Made by a program: the position numbers and the translations under genes. Shown here piece after piece: positions 12,307 through 24,085 of a stretch of DNA of 64,000 nucleotides. How positions within the stretch are numbered: position 1 is the first letter of the stretch; every line of letters begins with the position of its first letter. The stretch comes from Octopus sinensis. Its lineage: Eukaryota. Where the stretch lies: the NCBI RefSeq assembly GCF_006345805.1, contig NW_021833457.1, forward strand, positions 1 through 64,000, in the 5' to 3' direction. The notes below the pieces were generated by a model. The model was not told the DNA's origin. It was given only the letters and a program-made list of their open reading frames with translations, and did not search any database.

Positions 12307-12470
12307 TAAAAATTATGTCATTATAAAGGAAAAAAAAAAAAAAAAAATTTGTTTAAAAAATTTTCTAATATTCTTCAGACATATTGACGCAAATATATAT
12401 ATTTTTTAACATTTAAGCCTTCTGTCGTTTTTTCACTCTTTACTATTTTTTATGTATATATATATATATA

Positions 12471-12688
12471 CATTCAAAATGTGACCGCGTGTGTACCGTT
12501 AGCGATTTTTTTCTCCGTCTTCCCTTCTCTGGATCTTTCCTTTTCCTATGTTTCTGACGAAGAGCTCCGCTCGAAACGTTAAACCCTCCGTCTTCCCTTC
12601 CTTCCTGAGCGTCCAATAATACTATATTTGTTCCACGTCCTCGCGTTGTTGTGTTTTCTCTTTGTGTTTTCATGTTTGGATTAACTTT
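12471..12688 (+). mobile_element. Short (TA)n-embedded non-coding element carrying a hammerhead motif (solo PLE pseudo-LTR or retrozyme-like)
   Basis: 218-bp pyrimidine-rich unit bounded on both sides by (TA)n, no ORF, contains CTGACGAAGAGCTCCGCTCGAAACGTT. Confidence 0.55.
12550..12584 (+). ncRNA. Putative minimal type I hammerhead ribozyme (canonical core, loop-less palindromic stem III)
   Basis: GTTT-CTGACGA-A-GAGC(TCC)GCTC-GAAA-CG-TT-AAAC: stem I GTTT/AAAC, core CUGACGA and GAAA, 4-bp stem II, ACGT palindrome, GUU triplet. Fits PLE-associated minimal hammerheads that fold as dimers. Confidence 0.65.
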
Positions 12689-12714
12689 ATATGCATATAT
12701 ATATATATAGATAG

Positions 12715-12795
<81 letters not shown>

Positions 12796-13109
12796 AATAA
12801 GAAAATGGAGGAACAGATTCATTTCGATCATCGACTTACAAATATTACCAATTCATATTATTTATTAACTACATAAATAGGAAGATCCAAATCCAACAAA
12901 ACAAAACAATTTACATCAATATGTAAGATAATAATACCATAAGAATAATACACATAAAATTGATCCTACAGCTGTTTCAGCCTCTATATAAAGGTATCTC
13001 ATTCTGCCTATATTAGTCAGATGTATTGAGGTAATATGCAATTAAAAATGAGTTACTTATATATATGTATATATGTATATATATGTATATATTATATATA
13101 TATATATAC

Positions 13110-13163
<54 letters not shown>

Positions 13164-13165
13164 TA

Positions 13166-13198
<33 letters not shown>

Positions 13199-14302
13199 AA
13201 CAATAATAGTATGAGGAAATATTATTCCAAAATTACAGGGAAAAATTCAATTCGAAATATAAAATTAAATTTCACAAAATATCATATATATATATGTAAA
13301 TTAGAAAAAAAACACCTTTTATCAATTCAATAATGAAAAATTAAATTATACCATTTAGAAAAATTACATATTATAGAAAGATTAAATATAAGATAAAGCA
13401 TATAACGATAATTAAGTAATGTGTAAAATGATAAATAAAACGTATAAATTTGGTAGAATAACGACACGTGTTCCGTGGCTATATTTAAGAAATGATAATA
13501 GTAAAAATAATAGTAGTAGTAGTAGTAAAATCACTTCAATATAAATATAGCCACTCTTCAGGTTAAAGGTAACAACAATAATAGAATAATTAATTACATA
13601 AATTAATAAATATACATAAATAATCTTGTAAAATACGAAATATCTTGAATATATTCTTGTTTAAAAGATAAGATACAATTAATTAAAATATTTAAAACAA
13701 ATATATATATAAGATACAAAATATGCATTAAGTGAAAACTAAATACTATAATTTAAACGATATACATTAAATTAAATTATTTATTTATTTATTCATTTAA
13801 TAGACATCTAAATAAAGTTTTATACTCATTAAGTAATTTATATTAAAAACCTTAATATTAAGTAATATACATAATGTTAGTACAAGCTATAAATATTGGA
13901 ATTAAAAATAGGAAATGGTTAAAATATATACACACCTATTAGATAAACTAACTATATTATTAATATATATGTGATATCTATAGATTTAATATTTTACTCA
14001 ATAATATATTTAACCAAAATATCAATTAATATAAAACTAATATACTTAAATGTAATACTACGTAACAAATATACCACCTAATTATTAAATAATGTATTGT
14101 CTTACAAAACTAATTCTCAAATTAAATTATATGTAATACGTTAAATCACATTTTAAAAATAATAATAAAGCATAGTAAATAAATAGATATACATATCACA
14201 ACTAGTAATTATCATGAAATTATATATAAAATTAATATTTTAACAACAATAATGATAACAATACTACTACTACTACTACTACTACTACTAATAATAATAA
14301 TA

Positions 14303-14341
<39 letters not shown>

Positions 14342-14629
14342 TCAAACTTAATACAATTCAAAAGTTAAATAATATTGTTAAATAAAAACGTTACTTAGCT
14401 TGTCGATGAAAATAATATAACTGAATTTTAAACGTAAAAATGTAGGTCTTAGCGTTTATAAGAAATTAAACTCGTGAAGACGTTGTGTAAACAAATAGAA
14501 TAAAATTATCAATGAAAATGATGAAAACTATTTATTAATGAAAAAGACGAAAAATATTTAAGCTTCATGAATTAAAGAAAAATAAGAAAAATAGAATAAC
14601 AAATGACATTTAACTATAAAGACATTTTA

Positions 14630-15290
14630 CTATAAATGACAGTTACTATAAATTAAGTTCCAAATAATTATTACGTAAAATATACATATAATATTAAATT
14701 AATTTATATTACTATAATTAATAGGTCTTAATAAATTATATATAATCATTTATGTATTAAGAAATATCTAAGTTTAAAATTGTTCAAATATATTAATATA
14801 ACATATAATAATATAGTAAATTCTACTCTAATACTATTAAATTATATCTACAAGAAATAAATATCATAAAAAGAAATAAGGTTTTATGCATACTGAAAAA
14901 TAAGTTAAACATATTATATAGGTAAATAAATTTATGCTAGCATTTAATTTTAAATGACTATTTACTATAAATTTAAAGTCTAAATAAGTAAGTAAAATAT
15001 ATATAAATCCTTAAATCCTTAAAAATGTTTTAGCCCGAAGGCCGCGGCCATGCTGGGGCACCACCGCTGAATGAGCTACACTAGTTTGTGAATCCACCTC
15101 TGATACGTGGCACTTGATCAACAAGGGAGTTCGATGCTGCTGCCCGCATATATATAAAATATATATTTTATATTTAAATTTATTTATATTACTATAATTA
15201 ACATATCTTAATAAATTTATATAATCATTTATTTATTAGCTAAACCTATTATATAGGTAATTTAATTTATGTTTACATTTAGTTTTACGT
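14630..15290. repeat. Diverged tandem duplication in AT-rich tract, second unit interrupted by a SINE-like fragment
   Basis: Blocks AAATGAC..TTACTATAAATT, TTTATATTACTATAATTAA...TCTTAATAAATT.TATAATCATTTAT and TAAAC.TATTATATAGGTAA each occur twice in the same order (~14630-14950 and ~14950-15290). Confidence 0.6.
15028..15148 (-). mobile_element. Short SINE-like fragment
   Basis: GC-rich island in AT-rich DNA; shares GGCCATGCTGGGGCACC with the SINE 3' regions at 10858-10875 and 35397-35412. Confidence 0.4.
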
Positions 15291-15987
15291 TCCTCCAATG
15301 AGTTTACCAACACATAATTGTTATTAAATAATATTTCTTTGAATTAGTTATTATCCAGTGAATAATAATTACTCCCTGTACAATATGACTTAGCCCTACA
15401 AATAATCTCCCAAGTTAATTTATATCTAATAGATCTAGATTTATGGTCCCAAAAATATTTTTACTGAGACCTGTTGAATTTCTTAGATTTTTATTCCTAA
15501 AAGATTACATATATTGAGATACTCTTGATTTAAATTTATTCGAAGTGTACTCTATATAAATAGTGCTTAAATTATGATAATTAAAATTCTTATCAACTAT
15601 AAAGTTACCATACACTTATAGAGTACATTATCTAAATTACAATTATTATTAAAATTACATGTAGTCTTATCCCTACATGTACAATGAATTAAATCTTGGT
15701 CTTTATTATTATTATTGGAATCGATATTTTATCTATCTTTATAGAATTTATTTAATTTAAATGTATTAAATGAAGAAATAATGTTACCAACATTATTAGC
15801 AGATGAATACCCAACTCCAAAATTATTATTAGAATAAGTGTTATAATATTTGTTATTATCCCTAATGAATATTTCAATTATATTTTAAATTTCTTTAATA
15901 AGATTTGTTTTAACCTGAGCCGCCCCAAAAGGAACGATTAACCATATTTTATTTTTATCTTTTATATTATTATTATTATTATTATTA

Positions 15988-16085
<98 letters not shown>

Positions 16086-16318
16086 TTTTTGTAATATTAT
16101 TAATTTATCATCTTCATTAAATTTTATCGTATTTTTATTTTTATTTTTATTTCTATTTCTATTTTTATACCAATATTAAATGTATGATTTACATTATCAA
16201 AATACCTATTATTATTAAGATGATAGATACCTAAATAAGATTTATCATAATTCAGATATCCTGCCTCATGCAGGGCTTTATTATAATAAGGTGCATGTTT
16301 ATTAAAAATCTCTAAATC
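15283..16318 (-). pseudogene. Degenerate AT-rich Penelope-like ORF (RT thumb, linker, GIY-YIG), different lineage from 11278-12453
   Basis: Minus strand: [19 protein letters not shown] (16318-), (AAT)n expansion, KIWLIVPF..QVKTNL, GYSSANNVGNIISSFN, CTCRDKTTCNFNNNCNLDNVLYKC, IYIEYTSNKFKSRV...SFRNKNLRNSTGLSK, W...YKLTWEIICRAKSY. Five in-frame stops and two frameshifts. Confidence 0.72.
15965..16085. repeat. (ATT)n microsatellite inside the PLE fossil ORF
   Basis: Direct inspection; reads as poly-Asn on the minus strand. Confidence 0.92.
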
Positions 16319-16512
<194 letters not shown>

Positions 16513-16819
16513 ACATCATGTATCATATACTTTCAGTATGTGGGGACTACTGCTAATTGAGACATACTTATTCGTTTCTTTCTCCATTTTTTCCACTTCA
16601 TGTATTCTTTACATAGAAGAGCATAGGCTCAAAACATAGAAGACTTCTAATTCTCCCTGAGTATAAACCTAATATACCGTTTGTTTTAACCTCATCTTCA
16701 TGTCTTCATGTACCACACACATACACACACACACACACACTCACACACACTTACACACACTAACTCAGGTATATTGCCACTCCCTAAACTTTATTATTCT
16801 GTTTGACATCAAAATCTTT

Positions 16820-18775
16820 TTGTATGCTGGTCATATTTACTAGTGTGCAAGAAAGAAGACTGTAAGACCACTGGTTTGGTCGTGTGATGCGTATAGATAT
16901 GGACAGTTGCATAAAGAAGTGCCAATCATTTAAAGTGGATGAAACTTGTGGAAGAGGGAGGCTCAGGAAGACATAGGATGAAGAACTGAAGGTCATTCTC
17001 TGTGCCTTATGAAGGAGATGACAAAGGACTGAAATATCTGGCACTTTGCTTTACTCAAGAAAACCCATCCACCACAGCAGAACTGACGTCAATGATAATG
17101 ATGAATGGGAAAGAGTTTTCACTATGAGAACCCAACAGAGGGACCAGCTATCCTAGCTGACAGCAGTATGATAGGTAATTAAGGATATGAAGACAGAGAA
17201 ATTCTCTGGTCCATTAGGAGTTACTACTAAGATGCTTAAAATATCTAGTAGAGTATGATATGGTCTAGTCACTTGTTATTCGGGAGGATGTCATCCACAA
17301 TTACTGGTATAGCAGTATGATAGTCAGCTGCTCTCAAGGGTAAGGGAGATAGATACCTCAAAAGTAATTATAGAGACATCAAATTGCTGGATCTGGTGAT
17401 GAAACTCATGGAGAGAGTTATAGCTTAATTAATTAGGAACAGAATTAGACTAGATGAAATGTAGTTCGGTTTTGTTCCAAGGAGAAGCACTACTGATGCT
17501 ATTTTCATAGTCAGGTAACTATATACAAGAGAAGTATTTAGCTAAGAATAAACTGTTGTACTTGGCATTTGTTGACCTAGAGAAAGCCTTCAACAGAGTA
17601 CCTCACTCATTGATATGGTGGTCTCTAAGGAATCTAGGGATAGATGAATGCCTTGTAAAAGTGATACAGGCTATGTACAGGAGTGCTGTTAGCTATGTAA
17701 GTATTAGCCTTGAATACAGTGAAGAATTTAGTGTATAGGCAGGTGTTCCCCAAGCTCAGTTCTCAATGCCCCCACTTCATTCATCATTATCCTCCAGGCC
17801 ATAACAGAGGAATTCAAGTCTGATTTCCCATGAGATGCTGATGATTTTGCTTTCATCGCAGATTCTGTAACAGAACTAGAAAAGGAATTCCAGGAACTGA
17901 AGGGTCTTAAAGTTGACTTAGCAAAGACCATGGTTTTAGTGAGCAAAAATGTAGACAGAACCCTACCCACTTCAGATGAATGACTCTGCTACATATATAA
18001 GATGTAGGCAGGAATTCCATTCAATGAACCAAGTGCAGGCTATGGACACACAAGAATTGCAGTGGAATCACTGGAGGGTTAATGGAGAAAATAGTTTTTT
18101 TTTGTGTGAAAGATGTACAGAAGGTTGTAGATAATTTCTGTTCTCTAGGTGAACTAATTAGCAGGGGAAGAGGATGTTCCAAAAGTATAACTGTTAGAAT
18201 GAAAATAGAATGGAGAAAATTCAAAGAGCTTTTACCTCTGTTGGTAACCAAAGATCTCTCTCTCTCTCGTTCTCTCTCTCTCTCTGAATGTAAGATTGTA
18301 TGATGCTTGTGTACAAACAGTAATGCTGCATGGTAGTGAGATGTGGGCCTTACATGCAGAGAACACATGAAGACGTCAGAGTAATGGAACCAGTATGTTC
18401 TATTGGCCACATCGCTGTACAAGTAAAACTGGGAGTTAGTGCATTGGTCCATTAGGAGTTTCTACTGAAATGCTTAAAATATCTAGTAGAGTATGATATG
18501 GTCCAGTCACTCGTTATGCAGGAAGATGAATTAGATGTAGTATGCAAGAGAGAAACTGCACTGATTTGATCATGTGATGCATGTAGACAAGGACAGCTGC
18601 ATAAAGAAATGCCAATCACTTGAAGTGAATGGAGCTTTTGGAAGAGGTAGACCTAGGAAGACATGGGATGAAGTATTGGAGGCCCATCTCAAAATGCTGA
18701 GTCTTATGGAGATGACAAGTGACTGGTGCCTTGCTGTGCTGGGAAAGATCCATCCACAATAACAGAACTAATATC
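16820..18775 (+). mobile_element. Two abutting degenerate RTE-clade LINE fragments (3' end then RT region)
   Basis: 16820-17100: C-terminal W-FG-VMR...GRGRL-KT motif and short (GAT)-like tail. 17101-18775: RT motifs (YLAFVDLEKAFNRVPHSLIWWSLR, GVPQ, ADD) homologous to 29660-31330. Confidence 0.75.
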
Positions 18776-19243
18776 CTAAAACCACCTTGGTTAATGCTTG
18801 TATATGCAGGAATTCAGCCCCACTTCCATTCTCACTACCCCATCAAGATTTTCCCCTACATCTCAATCCCTAACACTCATCACTTCTTTATCTCTGGTAT
18901 TGACTTCTATAATCACCTGAGAGCAGAATAGGGACATACTACACCCCTTCCCATTCATTACCTTCCTATTTTCTCCCCTATCCCAGAGCCACTTCCATTC
19001 CTTATTATCCTCCCCTGCCAAGCCTTCTCTCATCTGTTATACTCCATCTTTAACTCTTATTTCACTCTCTCTCACTCCCAATGTCCTCACATATCTAACA
19101 TAACCAACTCAAAGCCACTCCTGTCTCTTTCACCATCAATTATTACAGTCACTCCTATCCTGACTAAACCATCTCTCCTCACATTCTTATGAAACTTTCC
19201 CCTTCTGCTCACTGTCCACTCTATTTTTTTTATTATTATTATT

Positions 19244-21875
19244 CTATTTACACACGTCTGATTAGACTGCTGAAATAAATTCTCAATATCAGGCTACAAC
19301 AAGTAACTTTAGATGCCTTAGAACCTTCCTAAGTTTCCTAGCTGTCCCTAATAATAGTGCTTTCTGGAGCTGCACAAAACTAGGTTTTATGCTTATTTCC
19401 TCTAGCCATTTGTTCTAATCTTTAGGAATAGTTCCTAATACACTAATAATTACAAGAATACATTTTACACACACATTTTTCATAGCCCCCAAAACTCAAT
19501 GGCTAGTACCTGGTATGTTGTTATTTTCTTTATATCTTTCAAATTGACTTTCTCACTATTCAGAATTGTAAAGTCAAATATCTGACACTTTCTATTCTCT
19601 TTGTCTACAAAATCAGGCCTTCTAGCTTTTATTGCTCTGTCAATCTGAATGTTAAAATCCTACATCTTATATTTTTTACTTTCTAGTAAGGTTCATGTGC
19701 ATATCACTTCTCAGTATGGTCAAATCATAGCTTTCTACATAACTTCTAGTGGATTAATCTCCTTAGGTTATCATAGCTTTTCTTGCATTCTTTCTGTGCC
19801 AGCATACAGCATTCACTATCTAAGGAACACTCTCTTCCTTTGATTTACATAACCTACATTGGGAGTCTACTTGATTTTTGTCTGTCTTGGCTCTTATCTA
19901 CTTAGTACTCAATGCTTGATCTTGTGCTGCTACTAACAAACATCTTGCCTCTTTTTCTGCCTTCCTTTCTACCACCATAACCTTGTCTCACTATTACTAT
20001 TTCCTGCAACTATATTTGGGAATCTACCATGCAAAGTATTCTCTTGTCAGTCAGATAATCTTTCTTCTTTTCCTTGTTTTTAACTTCATTTAGCTTTTTG
20101 GTTCCCTATCTCCTACTGTTTCTCTAGCATTTCTTAATAAACTTTCTTCACTGTTACCTACATAGGAGGCTATATCTACTCTAATTAATTCCACACAGTC
20201 TTCTATTAATATTAAATGTTTACCACCTTCCATTTCTAGGTAAATATAATCTTGCTATTCCTGCATTTAGATGAAGTCCTCTGTTCATAAAGAATTTCTT
20301 TTACAAATTCAGATTTTGTATAATCTACAAAAGGTGCGGAATTTCTCAATAGTGATGCTTCCCAAGTATTTACAGTCTTTACTAGATTTGAACCATTTAG
20401 ATCTGACTTCATTAGCTTTCTCACCTTTCCTATGTATTCCTTCTCAATTTTCTCTTTCATTTCTGTAGTTTGTAATCTGTCAGATTCTTGTGCATTTAAT
20501 TACTTATAACTCTTTCCTTCTGTCAGTGATTTTAAGGTCTGGTCATCTGGTGTTAAGGATACCTTCACTGCTCACTACTTGTCCCTTTTTCATGACTAAT
20601 ATTGTACACTTATCTATGCCAGATCCCATACTTATATTTTTGCTGAGGTATCTTACTGCTTGTATTATGGAACCTATCTCTCTTTTATTCTTACTAAAAT
20701 ATTTCAGATCACCCATGTAAAGCAAGTGGTTAATTTTACCTTTACTATTTCTGAACTGACACCCTGCCTTTGCCTCCCTTAATAATAAACTGAAGGGGAA
20801 TAAACATACGATAAATATTAAATAGGATAACAAATCTCCTTGGAAAATCCCAAGTCTCCTTGGAAATTTACTCTCTTTTCCTAATGCTGTATCATCTTAG
20901 TAGAGTACTACTTTCCATTTCTTCATGCTAAATCTAATTAGTTCTCATATGTTGTCTGCAGTACTGCATATTATCAAACATTTACTTATCCATGAATGTA
21001 GAATGTTGTATAAGTTTTCTTATAGTCTATCCTTGCTATTGTTAAATTTTTCTTCCTAGATTTTACTGCATTTAGAACTGCTTTGTCTATGTATAATAGA
21101 TCATGCATACATCTAACCATTTCCTCCTCCATTAAGGCAATCATGAAGTTTTTCCCTCAGTCTCCCATATAAGCTACTAAGTTTCTTTAATTAGTACCCT
21201 TAAATTAGTCCTGGGCCCTTCCAATTGGGCATTTTTCCTAACACTTTCTTCATTAATACACTAATCTTAGATGTAGCTGCTTCTCACTGATTACTTTTTG
21301 CCTTACCTTCTTTAACCATGCTACATCTACATCATTATTGACTGGAATAGCCAAGATATTGCTCCAGAACTTTCTAGCTTCTCTACATTAGGTTTCTCAT
21401 CTTTAGTACTTTCTTCTCCAAAATTTACTTGGCTATAAAATCCTCTCTAGTCTGTCTCAAATAATCTATTCTGTTGATACTAATCTATTCTTTTCTGATA
21501 TATGGAAAGTGTACCTGTTACTGTTATGATATGCTATTTCAACTCATCCATGACTATCCTAGATATTTTCTCTTTAACTAAATATCTTTTCACAAGAGAA
21601 GATTTAAATTTTGTGTTTCCTAACTTTTTCAGTTTCCAGGCTTCTATTCTTCTCAATCTTCACTTTATTTTGTAATCTCCTTTTCAACATTAGATCTTTT
21701 CTAATCTTTCCTTGATGAATACCTAATCTTCTGGTGACTACTACTCCTCTTGTATATATCTTACTAATAATAGAATTTACTTTCTTAGTCATATCTAGCA
21801 GCTTCCTTCTGTTGGTGCTTTTTAATGCTGGTAATCTTTTTCTTCTTTACTCATTGCTTCCTGCAACTCATTTAA
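19244..21875 (-). mobile_element. Degenerate R4/Dong-like non-LTR retrotransposon (RT + restriction-like endonuclease end)
   Basis: Minus strand: KINHLLYMGDLKYF, GIFQGD-L, GIDKCTILVMKKG, EKIEKEYIGKVRKLMKSDLNGSNLVK, terminal LQKALLLGTARKLRKVL; ends at a (TAA)n run (19231-19243). Confidence 0.72.
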
Positions 21876-23648
21876 CATTTCTTTGGTAAATCCATGAACT
21901 GTCTGTAGTAGTGTTTCCAGCTGTTTGTCATTTGTAGCATATAGTTTTATGTCATCCATATATAAAAGGTGGCTGATCGTTTTGCTGTAACATTTGTATC
22001 TGCATCCAGTTCTATTTAGCATATCAGATAGAGGTGTCAGTGCCAAGCAGAAAAGGAGTGGAAAGAGCATGTCTCCCTGGAATATTCCTCTACTAATGGG
22101 GATGGCTTTGGTTTCCATGAGTCCCTCTTTTGTTTGGAGCTGTAGCACTGTCTGCCATTTATTCATAGAGTGTCTTATGCATTTTATAATTTTTGGTGCT
22201 ACCTTGTTAATGGCTAGTGTTTCGGGGATCCATGTGTGGGGAATGCTATCTAACACCTTTCGGTAGTCAATTGAGGCCATACTGAGGCCTTTCTTCTTTC
22301 TACGGCTGTCTTCAGTTATGGCTTTATTGATCATTAGTTAATCTTTACACCCATATGAGCCCTTGCAGCATCCTTTCTGCTCTTCTGGAAACAGGTTGTT
22401 TTCGTCCAGGTGCTCGTTCAATCTTTGCAATATTACTGCAGTAAAGGCTTTTACATTGTAGGGAGACAGGTTATAGGTCTGTAGTCTTTTGGTTTTGCCG
22501 TTTCATTTGATTTGGAAATTAGGATGGTTTTCCCTTTTGTGAGCCATTCAGGCATTGTCTCTGGCTCTGCCAGTATGTTGTTAAAGTTTTCAGCCAGCTT
22601 TTTGTGCATTCCTGTCAGATATTTCAACCAGAAGTTGAGGATCTTGTTGTGCCCAGGTGCCTTCCAGTTGCTTAGTCTTTGCAGTGCCTGGGTGACCTCT
22701 TCAGTTGTTATGGGGGTCCAGAGTTGCTCAGGTGCTAAGTTTGTTGTTTTAATAGTCCTTTTCTGTGGTTGTTCATTGGCCGACCATATTTCTTTCCAGA
22801 ATTCTTCCACTTCTTCTGCCGTTGGTGCTGCAGTGATGTCTATTTTATTTTTGCTAAGTTCTTGGAAGAACTTTTGGGGGTTGGAGTTGAACTGTTTGTT
22901 TTGTTCAAAGAAACGTTGGCATTTCTCATATCGGCGGATCGTTTGTGCTTTGGCAAGGATATCTTGCTTCAGCTTTTCTTTTATCTCAGGTAAATCTTTT
23001 TCTGTGATGTCGTATTTGCACAGTATTTTTGTTTTCTTTCTGTTGCTTAGTAGTGTTGATTGTCTACTAATTTCGTTAAGAATCGACAGATCTTTTCTTA
23101 TTATTTGTATTTTTTTTTTGGATGTTATTTATCCACAGGGTTTGTTTGGGTGGTGGTACTCCTGTTTGGATGGGTTTGAGGGAGTATCTAGCTTCTTTTG
23201 TGGCTGCAGTGGCTGCTGCATATATTATGTCAATTAGCTCAGTGATATTGCTATTTGTTTCAGTGGCTATTAGTTCTGTGATGGCCAGGTTTATGCTATT
23301 TATTATTGATGTTGTTTTTTTGTCTATTTTGATTTTTGGGTGGTATGGTCGGTGATCCATTGAGATCTGTGGTTTTCAATTCTTTGATTATTCTAGTTTT
23401 TATAGTATCATAATCATTAGGTTCCCCTTCGTTGTTTCCAGGTTTTAGATTTGGTTCACTTTCTTTCTCATACGTGTGTTTTGGTTTGATGCTTTTTGTA
23501 CATTATTATACATCCCTACGGTCTGGGTTTGTTGTTTTTTGTTTACTTCGTTTTTGTTGGAAATGTTACGTTTGTCTTCGTGTTTTACTATTTCAGTGTT
23601 TATATCATTTGGTATTGTTGTGTGGCTTCTAATTACATTTTCCTGATG
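21876..23648 (-). mobile_element. Second, better preserved R4/Dong-like fragment (N-terminal region and RT)
   Basis: ORFs 22451-22810 (WKAPGHNKILNFWLK, DYRPITCLPTM) and 21822-22334 (IDYRKVLDSIPH, RGIFQGDMLFPLLFCLAL, SHLLYMDDIKLY); 5' side abuts (TAA)n at 23650-23730. Confidence 0.82.
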
Positions 23649-23649
23649 T

Positions 23650-23659
23650 ATTATTATTA

Positions 23660-23729
<70 letters not shown>

Positions 23730-23730
23730 G
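23650..23730. repeat. (ATT)n microsatellite
   Basis: Direct inspection. Confidence 0.95.
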
Positions 23731-24085
23731 AACAAATTGCTTTGACATTTTCTCTATCTTTAGATTCTGAGTTCCATTTCAGCCAAGGTTGCGTTTCCCT
23801 TTCACCCTTTTCAGGTCCATAAAATGAGTACCATTTAAATACTGGGATGGATGTAATCAACTGGCCTATCCTCCTAAATTTCAGGCCTTGTCGCCTTATT
23901 ATCATTATCTATACTGGCATTTGTTTCTCTACTGAAATATGTATGTGAATGCCAAGCATTGCCAAACATTTAGTCTATCATTTTTGTATGGGTTTTCTCT
24001 TTTTCAGCTATCTTCCTACTTCTCCATTTTCTTTCTCTTTCTTTTTTTTTTATTTAAAAAAAAATTTCTTTATATATATATATAT

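Larger units (their letters stand above)
11278..12453 (+). mobile_element. Young 5'-truncated Penelope-like element: GIY-YIG endonuclease region flanked by ~335-bp inverted pseudo-LTR copies
   Basis: Open frame 11615-12136: SYKQPKSLKKILTKAKL, C-x4-C-x2-C linker, F-T-C...NIIYVIKC-x2-C-x3-YVGST...R-x3-H...E...I-x-KYKP-x-LN (PLE GIY-YIG). 11278-11612 is the reverse complement of 12114-12453 with about 4 substitutions and a poly-T length difference. Flanked by (TA)n. Confidence 0.9.
11047..13198. repeat. Interrupted (TA)n-type array (11047-11240, 12454-12470, 12689-12790, 13057-13198)
   Basis: Direct inspection; the TA tracts are separated by discrete inserted elements. Confidence 0.9.

Noticed and set aside
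12960-13035. Third hammerhead on minus strand (GAAACAGCTGTA)
   Set aside because: Only the GAAA/palindromic stem III/GUA half is present; the left core reads CTGACTA and no convincing stem I or II forms. A similar half-motif at ~41521-41536 also lacks a core.
13199-16318. Mitochondrial insertion (NUMT) or control-region-like AT-rich DNA
   Set aside because: No mitochondrial gene, tRNA or rRNA motifs recognised; minus-strand translation instead gives ordered PLE motifs.
15283-16318. Stop-codon recoding or alternative genetic code in the PLE fossil
   Set aside because: Stops are TAA/TAG at positions implying different residues, and two frameshifts are also needed; ordinary decay explains it.
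22512-23237. 241-aa plus-strand ORF
   Set aside because: Antisense shadow of the R4-like coding region.
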